DNA of 32,000 nt from Pyrobaculum aerophilum str. IM2 (lineage in GTDB: Archaea; Thermoproteota; Thermoprotei; Thermoproteales; Thermoproteaceae). Positions 8,047-17,325 of the stretch are shown here, piece by piece (position 1 is the stretch's first letter; every line of letters starts with the position of its first letter). The stretch is from positions 690,001 to 722,000 of the forward strand of contig NC_003364.1 in assembly GCF_000007225.1 (NCBI RefSeq), read 5' to 3'. A model generated the notes under the pieces. That model had not been told where the DNA came from. It saw only the letters and a program-made list of their open reading frames with translations, and did not search any database. The translations under genes were made by a program, and so were the position numbers.

Positions 8047-9759
8047 ATGGATTTGGTAAAGAGGGTACTCTCAGTGAGGGCGGCCACAACGCCGAGGAGG
8101 GGGCCGGGAGGCGTTTTGTACTACCTCAGCGACGTGACTGGGCATATGCTTTTGTGGAAATTCGACGGCGGTAAACACGACGTTGTCTTGCCTTGGGACG
8201 ACAGAATTGGCGACTACAGAGTTTCAAAAGATGGGGCGCTGGCCTTTGTTTCAGATAAAGACGGCGATGAGAAGTGGCGGTTATATTTGGCGGACAATGA
8301 GGTTTACGAAATTTCTGCCGAGGGGGTGAACAACCTCGGCGCTTGGTCGCCAGACGGCTTAAAACTAGCCTTTACGTCAACTAGAGATGGCCAATCTGAT
8401 TTCAATGTATATGTTTATGACAGGTCTTTAAGAAAGGCGGAGAAAATCGCCGAAATCCCCGGCATAAACGTCGTTGAGGAGTGGAGCGAGGCGGGCGTGT
8501 TTATTACTCATTACGAGACTAATTTAGACAGCACTATATATTTGTATAAAGACGGCCAGTTGAGGGAATTAACAAAACACAGCGGCGAGGCCTTAAACCA
8601 TTCTCCCCGATACGTGGGCAACGGCAAGCTCTTATTCCTCACAAACGCCGACTGGGAATACGTGGGGATAGCGCAAATGGACTTATCCACTGGCAACTGG
8701 AAATATATTGTACAGCTCGACAGAGACATAGAGCATTTCGACGTCTGGGGGAGCTATTTAATATTTGCCGTGAATGAGGAGGGAAGGTCTGGGCTTTACC
8801 AAATGCACATCCCCTCAGGCCTCACGTATAAACTCGCCTCGCCTAGCGGCGTCGTCACGCATTTAGATTTTAAAGACGGCGTTCTCGCCTTTTCTCTGTC
8901 AAGCATAAACAAGGGGCATGAGGTCTACATATATCAACAAGGCGCCGTGAGGCAAATAACCCACTCCCCCAAATTCGGAGCGCCGATTCATAATATCCCG
9001 GAGCCGGCGTCGGTGTGGTACCCCAGTTTCGACGGCAGAAAAATTCAAGCAAATCTCTACTATCCCCCCGGCGAGGCAAAGGGAGTAGTAGTGTACCTAC
9101 ACGGAGGGCCTGAAAGCCAAGACCGCCCGGAGTTCAAGCCCCTAATCGCGGCGCTTTTAATAGCGGGATATGCCGTGGCAGCCCCCAACTACAGAGGCAG
9201 CACCGGCTTCGGCAAAACCTTCACTCACCTAGACGACTTAGAGAGGCGGTGGGACGCGATAAAAGACGTCGTGGCGTTTGGAAAATGGCTCGAATCCCAG
9301 GGAATAGCTAAGAAAAAGCCCTGCGTCTTAGGGGGATCTTACGGGGGATACTTAACGCTTATGGCCCTGGCAACAGCCCCCGAGATGTGGAGCTGCGGCG
9401 TTGAGATGGTGGGAATTTTCAACTTAGTGACATTCCTCGAGAGAACCGCCCCTTGGAGGAGGAGGTACAGAGAGGCCGAATACGGCTCATTAGATAAGCA
9501 CAGAGAGCTATTGCAGCAGCTCAGCCCAGCTACACACGTGGAGAAAATCCAAGCGCCGTTGCTGGTTGTACACGGCGTCAACGACATAAGAGTGCCGCTG
9601 TACGAAGCCGAACAGTTAGTACAAAGGCTGAGAGAACTGGGCAGAGACGTTACGTTTATAGTACTCCCCGACGAGGGGCACACTATCACTAAAATTCACA
9701 ATAGAGTGCGCGTCTACAGCGAGGTAATTCAGTTTATTGAAAAACAGTTCAGCGTTTAA
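8047..9759 (+). CDS. S9-family serine peptidase (acylaminoacyl-peptidase / prolyl oligopeptidase type)
   Basis: The N-terminal part has beta-propeller-like repeats (SPDGLKLAF, SKDGALAFVSDKDG). The C-terminal part is an alpha/beta hydrolase with nucleophile elbow GGSYGGYL, HGVNDIRVP and PDEGH. A TATA box lies at 8011..8020. Confidence 0.85.
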   Translation: MDLVKRVLSVRAATTPRRGPGGVLYYLSDVTGHMLLWKFDGGKHDVVLPWDDRIGDYRVSKDGALAFVSDKDGDEKWRLYLADNEVYEISAEGVNNLGAWSPDGLKLAFTSTRDGQSDFNVYVYDRSLRKAEKIAEIPGINVVEEWSEAGVFITHYETNLDSTIYLYKDGQLRELTKHSGEALNHSPRYVGNGKLLFLTNADWEYVGIAQMDLSTGNWKYIVQLDRDIEHFDVWGSYLIFAVNEEGRSGLYQMHIPSGLTYKLASPSGVVTHLDFKDGVLAFSLSSINKGHEVYIYQQGAVRQITHSPKFGAPIHNIPEPASVWYPSFDGRKIQANLYYPPGEAKGVVVYLHGGPESQDRPEFKPLIAALLIAGYAVAAPNYRGSTGFGKTFTHLDDLERRWDAIKDVVAFGKWLESQGIAKKKPCVLGGSYGGYLTLMALATAPEMWSCGVEMVGIFNLVTFLERTAPWRRRYREAEYGSLDKHRELLQQLSPATHVEKIQAPLLVVHGVNDIRVPLYEAEQLVQRLRELGRDVTFIVLPDEGHTITKIHNRVRVYSEVIQFIEKQFSV

Positions 9760-9762
9760 GCT

Positions 9763-9789
9763 GTGGAAGGGGGAGGGGAGGATTAGGCG
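9763..9789 (+). repeat. Purine-rich junction motif, instance B (GTGGAAGGGGGAGGGGAGGATTAGGCG)
   Basis: 23 of 27 positions match 2876..2901. The next ~30 nt (GATAAAAAACCTTTTTTCAATTTTCAG) still resemble the first codons of the 2902 gene, with ATG changed to ATA. It abuts the 3' end of the large-gene fragment. Confidence 0.55.
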
Positions 9790-9817
9790 ATAAAAAACCT
9801 TTTTTCAATTTTCAGTT

Positions 9818-10740
9818 TTAGCTCTGTTGATTGTCATTTTGTACCTCTTGCTTTTGCGGTTTACCCTCCCTCCACTGATCTATGGCATCTTTCAGCGCCT
9901 TAAACCGGCGCAGGGCGTCTAGCTGGTCGGCGTTAAGCCTCACTTGGCCCCTCTTGGCCTCCCCGGTCAGTGTCCTCAGTATGGCGACTTCTACGTCGTC
10001 TTTGACCGTCGGCCGTGCTATTTCGTAATAGTACGTGACTGTGGTTTGATCTTTCTTTTCCCGCTTCTCCGCCCAGTACCACTCCATTTTGAACTGTCTC
10101 CTCTCGCCGCTGGGTAATTCGTATTCTACGACAACGCGCAGGCGGCAGTCCTCGCCGGCGCACTGGCCTACCGGCTGGCCGTTTTCCACAAACTCGTACT
10201 TCAGATCTACAACGCGGGCAATTAAGTTGCCCTTATCGTCGCGCACTGCTAATGGTAATTCCACCGCCCCCTCCTCCTTTGCAGGCGTAAGTACTTCAAT
10301 TAACTTGTGTGCCGCGTCATCGCCGTATCTGCGCCTAAGCACGTCCTCCAGCTCCCTGATGAACTGTTCCGCCTCCAAGTCGCCATTCAGCGCCATGCGC
10401 TGAATTTCACGGAGGCCCTCTGAGGTGATGTAGATTTCGTATTGTTTGCCACTCCTTACAGTGAAGTCCCTGCCCTCCTCAATCCCTCCCCCCTTCAGGG
10501 CGTTTACAACGGCGTCTTTGTGATCCTTTTTGACGCGGATTATGCGCCATTTGCTGTAGACAGCGTAGTGTTCGCCCTCCTTCAGCCCGCTATGCGCCAA
10601 AGCCTCAACGGTCTTGGAGTAGGCATATTTTGTAACACGGATTTCATAACTGTCGTGCTCCCTTATCGTGAAGTGTGCACTTTCCTTCAGACCCCTGGCC
10701 TTTAAGGCGTCCACAATAGCGTTTTTAGAAACTTCCTTGA
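9818..10740 (-). pseudogene. C-terminal fragment of the large repeat-family gene (copy 3)
   Basis: The track ORF 9818..10714 (298 aa) aligns along its length with the last ~310 aa of 21986..24982 (ALKARGLKE..HFT, REIQRMALNGDLEAE.FIRELEDVL, QCAGEDCRLRV, EIARPTVKDDVEVA, ADQLDALRRFK). Nucleotide homology continues to about 10740, then stops. No N-terminal ~1050 codons are present. Confidence 0.85.
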
Positions 10741-10968
10741 GGCCTCTGCCGTAAGCGTCTCGTAATGCCTCTGTGCGGCCTCCCTTGTCCTCTCCGCCCT
10801 CTCCGCCGATAGCTCCGCCAGCCTCTCGGCGTATTTCAAGTGCTACCGGGCCATGCGTATTTCCTCGTAAGCCGCCCTGGCCCTAACCGCGTGCGCCACC
10901 GCCGTGAGGACGTCCCTCTCCATACCCACGGCCTTTTTCGCCCTCTGTATCAACTCCTCATACGCCTT

Positions 10969-11499
10969 TTACAGCGCCACCGCCTTGCCGGCTAGGGCCA
11001 TCAAGTGGGCGGCGGCTCTGTGCTGAATGCCCTCTCTGGAGTTGTAATATCTGCGGATACCTTCGGTGAGGCCTTGAAATGTCCACTCCGCCACGTATTT
11101 CGCTATCTTGTCTGGATACGACTTCTCGGGGAGGAAGAAGAAGACGTCTCTGGCCTTAAAGGCCACTGGCATCCCCACTGTCAGCGGGACGTCTGCTAGC
11201 GTTGAAATGTCTCTAAAGGCCTCGCCGTAGAGGTCAAACAGTAAGTAGCGCCCAAAGGCCTCTCTCGCCAGCCTCTCGCCCAGCCTATTTACTACGTAGA
11301 CGCCCATTGGCGCTTGCAGAAGCGCCTTCCACCCCCTCCAGCCCAAGTAAGGCAGTAATGACTCATACAGCGGGTTGTGGTAGAGCTCTCTGCCGTAGGT
11401 TTCAAACACGCCGCGACCGCCCCTCCTGACGTGTAGGGGATTTCTACCCCCCCTACCCACGTCTAGTAGCTTTCCGCACTGGGGGTGGTAATACTCCAT
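10969..11499 (-). CDS. Hypothetical protein, 176 aa, possibly the head of a decayed longer gene
   Basis: ORF in the track. I found no recognisable motif and no TATA-like box upstream. The same frame continues as helical-looking sequence across two stops down to about 10746 (see findings). Confidence 0.4.
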   Translation of the reverse strand: MEYYHPQCGKLLDVGRGGRNPLHVRRGGRGVFETYGRELYHNPLYESLLPYLGWRGWKALLQAPMGVYVVNRLGERLAREAFGRYLLFDLYGEAFRDISTLADVPLTVGMPVAFKARDVFFFLPEKSYPDKIAKYVAEWTFQGLTEGIRRYYNSREGIQHRAAAHLMALAGKAVAL

Positions 11500-12030
11500 A
11501 ATAGCTCATCCGGCAAAGGTAAGCGCCGTCCTCCTGGGCTTCACATGTTTAAGCACTGTAGGAAATGCTACTTTCGCACCCGTTATAGAAATTTAAAAGA
11601 CGGCACAGAGGACGAGGAAGCTGAGGAGGGGTTGTTGTTCACGCTACCCTGGGTCCCCGCGAGTTTTAACGCAACAATCAGCTACGCCCTATGTGGCCGG
11701 CAACAGCCCTATATAAAGGCAAGTTTAGCCACTGGATTCCTTCCTTTTCTTAACAACGTCCCAGATCCCGGCGATATTACGACTTAAGCGTCGTTATAAA
11801 AAGCGACATTCCAACCCGACTAAAGAGAAATCTTTAACCCCTTGATAGATTCTTCAACTTTTACTATTTAGCGCCGGCAATAGTTTTCTAATTAAAACAT
11901 TACAATATTGATGATATATATATAATAAGGAGATCGTAAAGCGGTCATAAGCGTACTAGAGTTTCCAACTCTAAGACAGTCTGGTATCGCCTCCTCCCTA
12001 CCTTAAATCATCGGCAGATTGTAAACCGCG

Positions 12031-12618
12031 TCACGCAATAGGCTTTGCTGTGTGGAAAAACGTTATGTAGAGAATCCGCGCTGCAACGTATAGAGGCAGA
12101 AACACGGCTAGTAAAACCAGGAGTTTTAACCACACGTCATCTATAAATAGAGGCGCGACAGGCGGCACGTAGAGCGGAGCCGTGACGCCGGCGAAATAAC
12201 TCGCCATGACTGGCCCTAGGCTTAACATTATAATAATACCGGTGCCGAGACCGCCTGCAAAGGAAAAACTTGGCTTCCACAAGCCCAGCACTACCCCGAT
12301 GGCACAAAATATCAGACTTGAAGACGCCAAGCCAATAAAATAGCCTGGCGAGAGCGCCTTGAGAACTTCACTCCCGTAGATAACAAAGTAAAGAATTAGC
12401 ATAGGGACAGTGGCCGTCAAAATTGTAAGCGCCGTCGCCGATGCTATAAGCAATATGAAATATGTGGAAAACCCCACGCCAGTGGCTCTGAAAAACTCAA
12501 TTCTCCTCGTAAAGTTGTCGTTGGCAATGGTGTAAAGAGGCGTGATGCCGAACGAGATGAGAGTCATAATGGCCAAAACCCCCATGGCGCTTTCCAAATC
12601 AAACTTCCCAAAATACAC
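12031..12618 (-). CDS. Polytopic membrane protein, probable ABC-2-type permease partner
   Basis: 195 aa that are almost entirely hydrophobic (about 5-6 helices). It lies 90 nt downstream of the ABC ATPase on the same strand. Confidence 0.6.
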   Translation of the reverse strand: MYFGKFDLESAMGVLAIMTLISFGITPLYTIANDNFTRRIEFFRATGVGFSTYFILLIASATALTILTATVPMLILYFVIYGSEVLKALSPGYFIGLASSSLIFCAIGVVLGLWKPSFSFAGGLGTGIIIMLSLGPVMASYFAGVTAPLYVPPVAPLFIDDVWLKLLVLLAVFLPLYVAARILYITFFHTAKPIA

Positions 12619-12707
12619 TATAAAAACTCCAATTAACGGCCACGTAATAAGTGAATATCACTTATATTTAAGTATAGGAATTATATAAAATTTCAATATG
12701 TCTATCA

Positions 12708-13394
12708 TTATGACGCAATAAGAAACTCCTCTAGCCTACTTATTTCATTCTCCTCAACAATTTTCACTAATTTATTTTTTAATATTATCGCCTTGTCGAG
12801 AATGTTCTTAGCCTCGTATAAATTATGAGTAGACAACACAACCGCGGCGCCCGAGACTTTAAGCTCCCTCAGTCTACTAATCACAGCCATTCTAGTCTCG
12901 TAGTCTAAATACTCAAAAGGCTCGTCCAACACATAACACCTTTTCTCTAAGCCAAATAAGATGGGCAACACAATAGACTTCCTTTTAAGGCCTTCTGAAA
13001 GCTTAAACGCTGGCTTATCCGCATGACTCATTAAGTCAAATTTAGTAACCAACTCCCGCGCCACAGTCCTCGACTTGTCTTTAGAAAGCCCGTGAAGTCT
13101 TAAGATCAAAACCATGTTTTCATAAAGCGTTAAAAACTCGTCTGGATGAGCTTCTTGTGGAATATAACCAACGTCATAAGGCGAGAAATTAGTAACCACC
13201 CTACCCTTCGTCGGCTCAATAAGTCTCAACATTAAACGAATTGCAGTAGTTTTGCCCGCCCCATTAGGCCCATTAAGGCCCACAATGCCGCCATCTATCT
13301 CAAACGAGACGTTGTCAAGAGCCACTACAAACTCATTTCCAAATCTAGACTTACGGTAGTATTTACTCACTTCCTCAAATCTAACAATAACCAT
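12708..13394 (-). CDS. ABC transporter ATP-binding protein (exporter type)
   Basis: Walker A GPNGAGKT, signature LSEGLKRK, Walker B CYVLDEP, H-loop STHN. I moved the start to ATG 13394 (MVIVRFEEV). The A/T box 13413..13428 is centred about 26 nt upstream of it. Confidence 0.85.
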   Translation of the reverse strand: MVIVRFEEVSKYYRKSRFGNEFVVALDNVSFEIDGGIVGLNGPNGAGKTTAIRLMLRLIEPTKGRVVTNFSPYDVGYIPQEAHPDEFLTLYENMVLILRLHGLSKDKSRTVARELVTKFDLMSHADKPAFKLSEGLKRKSIVLPILFGLEKRCYVLDEPFEYLDYETRMAVISRLRELKVSGAAVVLSTHNLYEAKNILDKAIILKNKLVKIVEENEISRLEEFLIAS

Positions 13395-13395
13395 A

Positions 13396-13901
13396 TTATG
13401 GAAATGGATGTGGCTTTTTATTAATTTTGTCGTATGATAATGCATTATTTCTCTGTCGTATTATAACAGGGTATTCGTATATTCTCCTAGGACCTAACAT
13501 TGGCACAAATGGATCTGAAAAAGGTATAAGTTTTAATACCTTTGCGCCATAAGTATGTATACTACTTTTAATTGTTACAGTATTCGCGTCAAATACTATT
13601 GGTGTATACCCTTTGTCGTGAAGCTGGTTGATCAGTTCTCCCTTGCTTACACCCCAATTATCAATTCGAGCTATATCAACTGAGTACTATTTATTATGTT
13701 AAGCAACTTATTAATAGCGGCGTTACTCATCGAAGATACTACATGTTGTAGCGATTTTATCTCGTTTAACTCAACACTTTCTGCAGCAGCATATATATAG
13801 TGCGCAGTAGCTGCCGATTGTAGGGCCTCCCTTAAGGCTTCCCTGATTGCTTGTTTTAAATTTAACGCCGCTGCAGAACCTAGGCCATGTCCCACTGGCA
13901 A
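13396..13901 (-). pseudogene. Possible frameshifted or decayed gene
   Basis: The track ORF 13671..13901 ends at TAG. A protein-like reading (VDIARIDNWGVSKGELINQLHDKGYTPIVFDANTVTIKSS...) then continues in another frame to 13396 without a start codon. The first frame is also open upstream of its TTG start, to about 13990. Confidence 0.3.
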
Positions 13902-14052
13902 ATCCTTTCTGCGTAAAATTACTAATGCTATAGGTATGCTAATATCTGTTGGTAAGATGTAGCATATTATATCTAGTTTTTTATATCAAAGCCTATATAG
14001 TTTAAATATTCATAGAGCAATACATCGCAGTTGCGAATGTAAATAGCCTTAG

Positions 14053-14341
14053 ATGAGGTATACCATCGCCGAATACGGCGAGAAATACGCCGAACCGCTA
14101 ATCAGCGAATACGCCCTGAGGAAGGCCTTTTGGTGGGAGGGAGAGTGGCGCGGTAAGCCGATGTCGTGTTTCGTGACGGAGAAAAAGGCGATATGCAAGA
14201 TAGGCGATAAGATGGCCGCGTTTTATGTATTTGACACGCCGCAGGGAGTGTACCTAAGGCCAGAAATCAAGTTAATAGACGACTGGATTAAAGTGGCGCA
14301 TAGAGGAGATGACGGCAGTTAAGGCGACATTTAAAGTGGCG
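14053..14341 (+). pseudogene. C-terminal fragment of the small repeat-family gene (copy 3), plus a short 5'-end remnant of a following copy
   Basis: The 89-aa ORF matches the last ~85 aa of 2902..3822 almost residue for residue. Homology starts near 14060. After the stop (14320..14322), GTTAAGGCG...AAAGTGGCG resembles the start of 19547..20389. Confidence 0.85.
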
Positions 14342-14400
14342 TATGAATTCTGCGGGGCAACGTGCCGCGTGTAAAGACACCAGCTCTTAGCGCTTAAAGT

Positions 14401-14410
14401 CTTTATAAAT
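14401..14410 (+). promoter_or_regulatory. TATA-like box for speE
   Basis: CTTTATAAAT is centred about 25 nt upstream of ATG 14430. Confidence 0.5.
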
Positions 14411-14429
14411 GGGCGTAAAGAGACTGGTT

Positions 14430-15305
14430 ATGTCAAAGGTGCCGGGTCCAATAGTGCTAATGGAGCCGCTTAGCGGGAAGACGTCGCTGATAATCAAGAT
14501 AAACGCAATACACGTTTCGAAGCGTTCTAAATATCAAGGGATTTTAATAGTAGATACTGATGATTACGGCAGGACCTTGGTATTAGACGACTATATTCAA
14601 TCCTCTTATTACGACGAGATTTACTATCACGAATCGTTAGTGCACCCCGCAGTGACCACTCACCCGCGTCCAAGCGACGTCTTAATACTGGGAGGGGGCG
14701 AGGGGGCTACTCTCCGCGAGGTGCTCAAACACAACACTGTGAAAAGGGCTGTTATGGTGGATATTGACGGCGATGTGGTGGAGCTGTCAAAAAAATACCT
14801 CCCGCAAATGCATCAAGGCGCATTTGACGACCCCCGTAGCGAAGTGCGTATTGAAGACGGTTTTGTCTACGTGGAAAACGCCTTGAAACGCGGCGAGAAA
14901 TTCGACGTGGTGATAATGGACCTCACAGATCCCTACAGTTCAGACATTGCAAAACAGCTTTACACGCCGGAGTTCTTTGGCAAAGTAAAGAGGTTGCTAC
15001 GAGAAGACGGAATTGTAGTGACGCAGGCAGGCAATAGTTTCTACTTCCCAGAGGCATATGACTATGTCCTACAGGGGGTGAAGGGCAATTTCCCAATAAT
15101 TGCTGAGTACAGCGTGTGGATCCCCTCCTTCGGATACGCGGTGAATTTCGTACTGGGCTCGCTCAAACACGACCCCCATTCGCTAAGCGCCGAGGAAGTG
15201 GACAAGAGGCTGTCTGAGAGGGGAGTGAGAGCGGAGTTTTACAGCGGCAAGACGCACATAGCATTAATGAACATGCCCGTCATTAAAAAGATACTCCGTG
15301 TCTGA
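14430..15305 (+). CDS. speE: Spermidine synthase-family aminopropyltransferase
   Basis: LILGGGEGATLREVLKH, VDIDGDVVELSKKYLP and DVVIMDLTDP are standard family motifs. I moved the start from the track's 14409 to 14430 on TATA spacing. Confidence 0.85.
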   Translation: MSKVPGPIVLMEPLSGKTSLIIKINAIHVSKRSKYQGILIVDTDDYGRTLVLDDYIQSSYYDEIYYHESLVHPAVTTHPRPSDVLILGGGEGATLREVLKHNTVKRAVMVDIDGDVVELSKKYLPQMHQGAFDDPRSEVRIEDGFVYVENALKRGEKFDVVIMDLTDPYSSDIAKQLYTPEFFGKVKRLLREDGIVVTQAGNSFYFPEAYDYVLQGVKGNFPIIAEYSVWIPSFGYAVNFVLGSLKHDPHSLSAEEVDKRLSERGVRAEFYSGKTHIALMNMPVIKKILRV

Positions 15306-16509
15306 GGTAGAGGCAATTAGGGGCACGTACAGCAATTTGCTGAGAGAGAAGAGGATAGTACTACTTGTCTCCTCGGGCATTTCGCTTTATAAATCTATAG
15401 ATACGGCGCGGTTATTAATCAGACACGGCGCCGAAGTTTATGCCTTCATGACTCCAAAAGCGGCGCGGTTAGTCTCGTCGGATCTCTTCTGGTGGGCCAC
15501 GGGGAGGAGGCCCGTGGTAAGGCTGACGGGCAAGGCGGAGCACATAGAGATATGCGCCAAAGCCGACGTAGTTTTAGTCGCCCCTGCCACCGCAAATACT
15601 CTTGTGAAGCTGTCGCTGGGAATTGCCGACAACGCAGCCCTCACCTGCGCCTTGGCCGCTGCGAACGCCAAGCTGGTAGTGGCGCCTGCGATGAACTTAG
15701 CCATGTGGAACACAGAGCCTGTGAGAAACGCCTTAGAGAGGCTTGAAAAACGCGGCTACATAGTGCCGCCCATTATTGAAGAGGGGAAGGCGAAATACCC
15801 CCCGCCTGAGGAGATAGCGGAGTACGTAATCGACGCCACAGCGCCTAGGGACTACGCGGGAGTGCGGGCGTTGGTCACCGCCGGACCAACCCACGAGCAC
15901 ATTGACGACGTTAAGTATATCACAACGCCCAGTAGCGGGCTCACCGGGTATTACTTTGCCAGAGAGGCGGCGGCGAGGGGGGCAAGGGTTACGCTAGTGA
16001 CGGGGCCGACTAATTTAAAGCCGCCGCCCAACGTGGAGGTAGTAAAGGTGACCTCTGTGCTTGAGATGTACAAGGCGGTAGTGGAAAGGGCCTCGGAGAA
16101 CGACCTCTTTATTTTCTCCGCAGCCCCTCTGGACTTTTACGTGGAGGGCAGAATCGCCGGCAAACTTGACAGCTTCCTATCTCAATACCAGCTGACGCTT
16201 AGGCAAGCCCCCAAGGCGGCGCAAGAAGTAAAGAGGCTAAACCCCGGGGCTGTTGTCATCGGCTTTAAGGCAGAATACGGCGTCTCAGAGGAGGAATTAA
16301 TAGAAAGGGCAAAGAGGAGGATGGAAAGCGGAGAGTGGGATTTCGCCTTGGCACACGACGTGTCTAAAATGGGGTTCGGAACTTTAAAAGACCAATACCT
16401 CCTAATCCACAGGGACGGAAAGACTACGCGGCTCGGGCCCGCGCATAAAAGAGAGCTGGCGCGCTTAGTGCTTACCTTGGCGCGCGGCCAGTTGAAGAGT
16501 TCTGATTAG
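15298..16509 (+). CDS. coaBC: Bifunctional phosphopantothenoylcysteine decarboxylase / synthetase
   Basis: The N-terminal flavoprotein half has SSGISLYKS and APAMNLAMW. The C-terminal CoaB half has VTAGPTHEHIDDVKYITTPSSG. The GTG start overlaps the speE stop. Confidence 0.85.
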   Translation: MSEVEAIRGTYSNLLREKRIVLLVSSGISLYKSIDTARLLIRHGAEVYAFMTPKAARLVSSDLFWWATGRRPVVRLTGKAEHIEICAKADVVLVAPATANTLVKLSLGIADNAALTCALAAANAKLVVAPAMNLAMWNTEPVRNALERLEKRGYIVPPIIEEGKAKYPPPEEIAEYVIDATAPRDYAGVRALVTAGPTHEHIDDVKYITTPSSGLTGYYFAREAAARGARVTLVTGPTNLKPPPNVEVVKVTSVLEMYKAVVERASENDLFIFSAAPLDFYVEGRIAGKLDSFLSQYQLTLRQAPKAAQEVKRLNPGAVVIGFKAEYGVSEEELIERAKRRMESGEWDFALAHDVSKMGFGTLKDQYLLIHRDGKTTRLGPAHKRELARLVLTLARGQLKSSD

Positions 16510-17163
16510 TTGGAAATGCTTCTCCTCGTCTAGCTCAATAGAGAGAATAAGCGCCCTCAACACCGGGTCGCCAATTCTGTACAAATCGGCGATACTCTCC
16601 CTCATAGAGCCCTCCTCAGCCGCCAACACTTCTAACTCCTCCTCGTTTAAATCAATTCCCTCAGCCCTCAACCTCCCCCCTAGATAATCTAGGATCATTG
16701 TCAAAATCTCCGCGTGGCGCAAGCTGTCAGCGGCAATTTGCATAAACAAAGCCCTGATCAAGGGGTTCTTCACTTTGTAAGAATAAGTCATTGCCCTAGA
16801 GGCCGTCTCTTGTTCCAGCCGAATCCTAGACCGAATAAGCTCTTCTAAATCCGCATGCTGGCCCCTCTGCGACATTATATTAGAAATCACCTTCGCCAGC
16901 TCAGTCAAGTCAACAGGCCCTCTTATCCCTTTCCTCGCCGCGTCGACTAAAATATCGGCGTGGTTTTTAATGAGGCCCATAACTCTTTCGTCCTTCGCGA
17001 GCTCTTGCACAAGCTCTCCGCCCCTCTTCCCCGAGATGTACATAGAGACCGCGGCAGCGGTTAGCCCCAGCAACTTGGCAGTCTCGTTGACGCTCAGCCC
17101 CCTCTCCACCAGCTCCCTCGCCAGCAACGCCCTAACCGCGGAAAGCGCCCTCTCAAAAGACAC
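16465..17163 (-). CDS. Putative HTH transcriptional regulator with a C-terminal helical (ferritin-like?) domain
   Basis: The N-terminus LSVNETAKLLGLTAAAVSMYISGKRG is a classic helix-turn-helix. The rest is helical with LRHAEIL and EEKHFQL. The start is a GTG, with the A/T box 17180..17192 about 23 nt upstream. Confidence 0.5.
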   Translation of the reverse strand: MSFERALSAVRALLARELVERGLSVNETAKLLGLTAAAVSMYISGKRGGELVQELAKDERVMGLIKNHADILVDAARKGIRGPVDLTELAKVISNIMSQRGQHADLEELIRSRIRLEQETASRAMTYSYKVKNPLIRALFMQIAADSLRHAEILTMILDYLGGRLRAEGIDLNEEELEVLAAEEGSMRESIADLYRIGDPVLRALILSIELDEEKHFQLIRTLQLAARQGKH

Positions 17164-17325
17164 AAAAAATCAGTACACAGAATATTAAAAAGTGACGTAG
17201 CTTAAAAACCACAATACGCAGACGCCGGCAATAACAATAGCCACCCCAGCGAGTCTGGCGATGGCGGTTCTCAGCAGCCTTGTTATCGCAATGTTTTATA
17301 TTCATATAACCACGGGGTCTCCCGG

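Larger units (their letters stand above)
11790..14050. other. Visibly AT-rich block inside the third repeat unit
   Basis: By eye, the composition drops sharply relative to flanking GC-rich genes, with long A/T runs in both coding and spacer sequence (for example 11880..11930 and 12620..12800). I did not compute it. Confidence 0.6.

Noticed and set aside
11485-11787. A 100-aa plus-strand ORF with a CRKC pair.
   Set aside because: Its start overlaps the opposite-strand 176-aa ORF. It has no promoter box and no recognisable motif, and its composition is atypical. Support is insufficient.
11908-11990. A possible C/D-box sRNA (TGATGA at 11911). Similar partial boxes occur at about 24468..24520 and 7715..7745.
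   Set aside because: None has the full C, D', C', D arrangement with correct spacing. CTGA boxes are missing, or the candidates sit inside coding sequence.
17205-17290. A minus-strand hydrophobic peptide (RLLRTAIARLAGVAIVIAGVCVLWFLSYVTF).
   Set aside because: There is no ATG, GTG or TTG start upstream in frame before a stop, and only 19 codons follow the first GTG.
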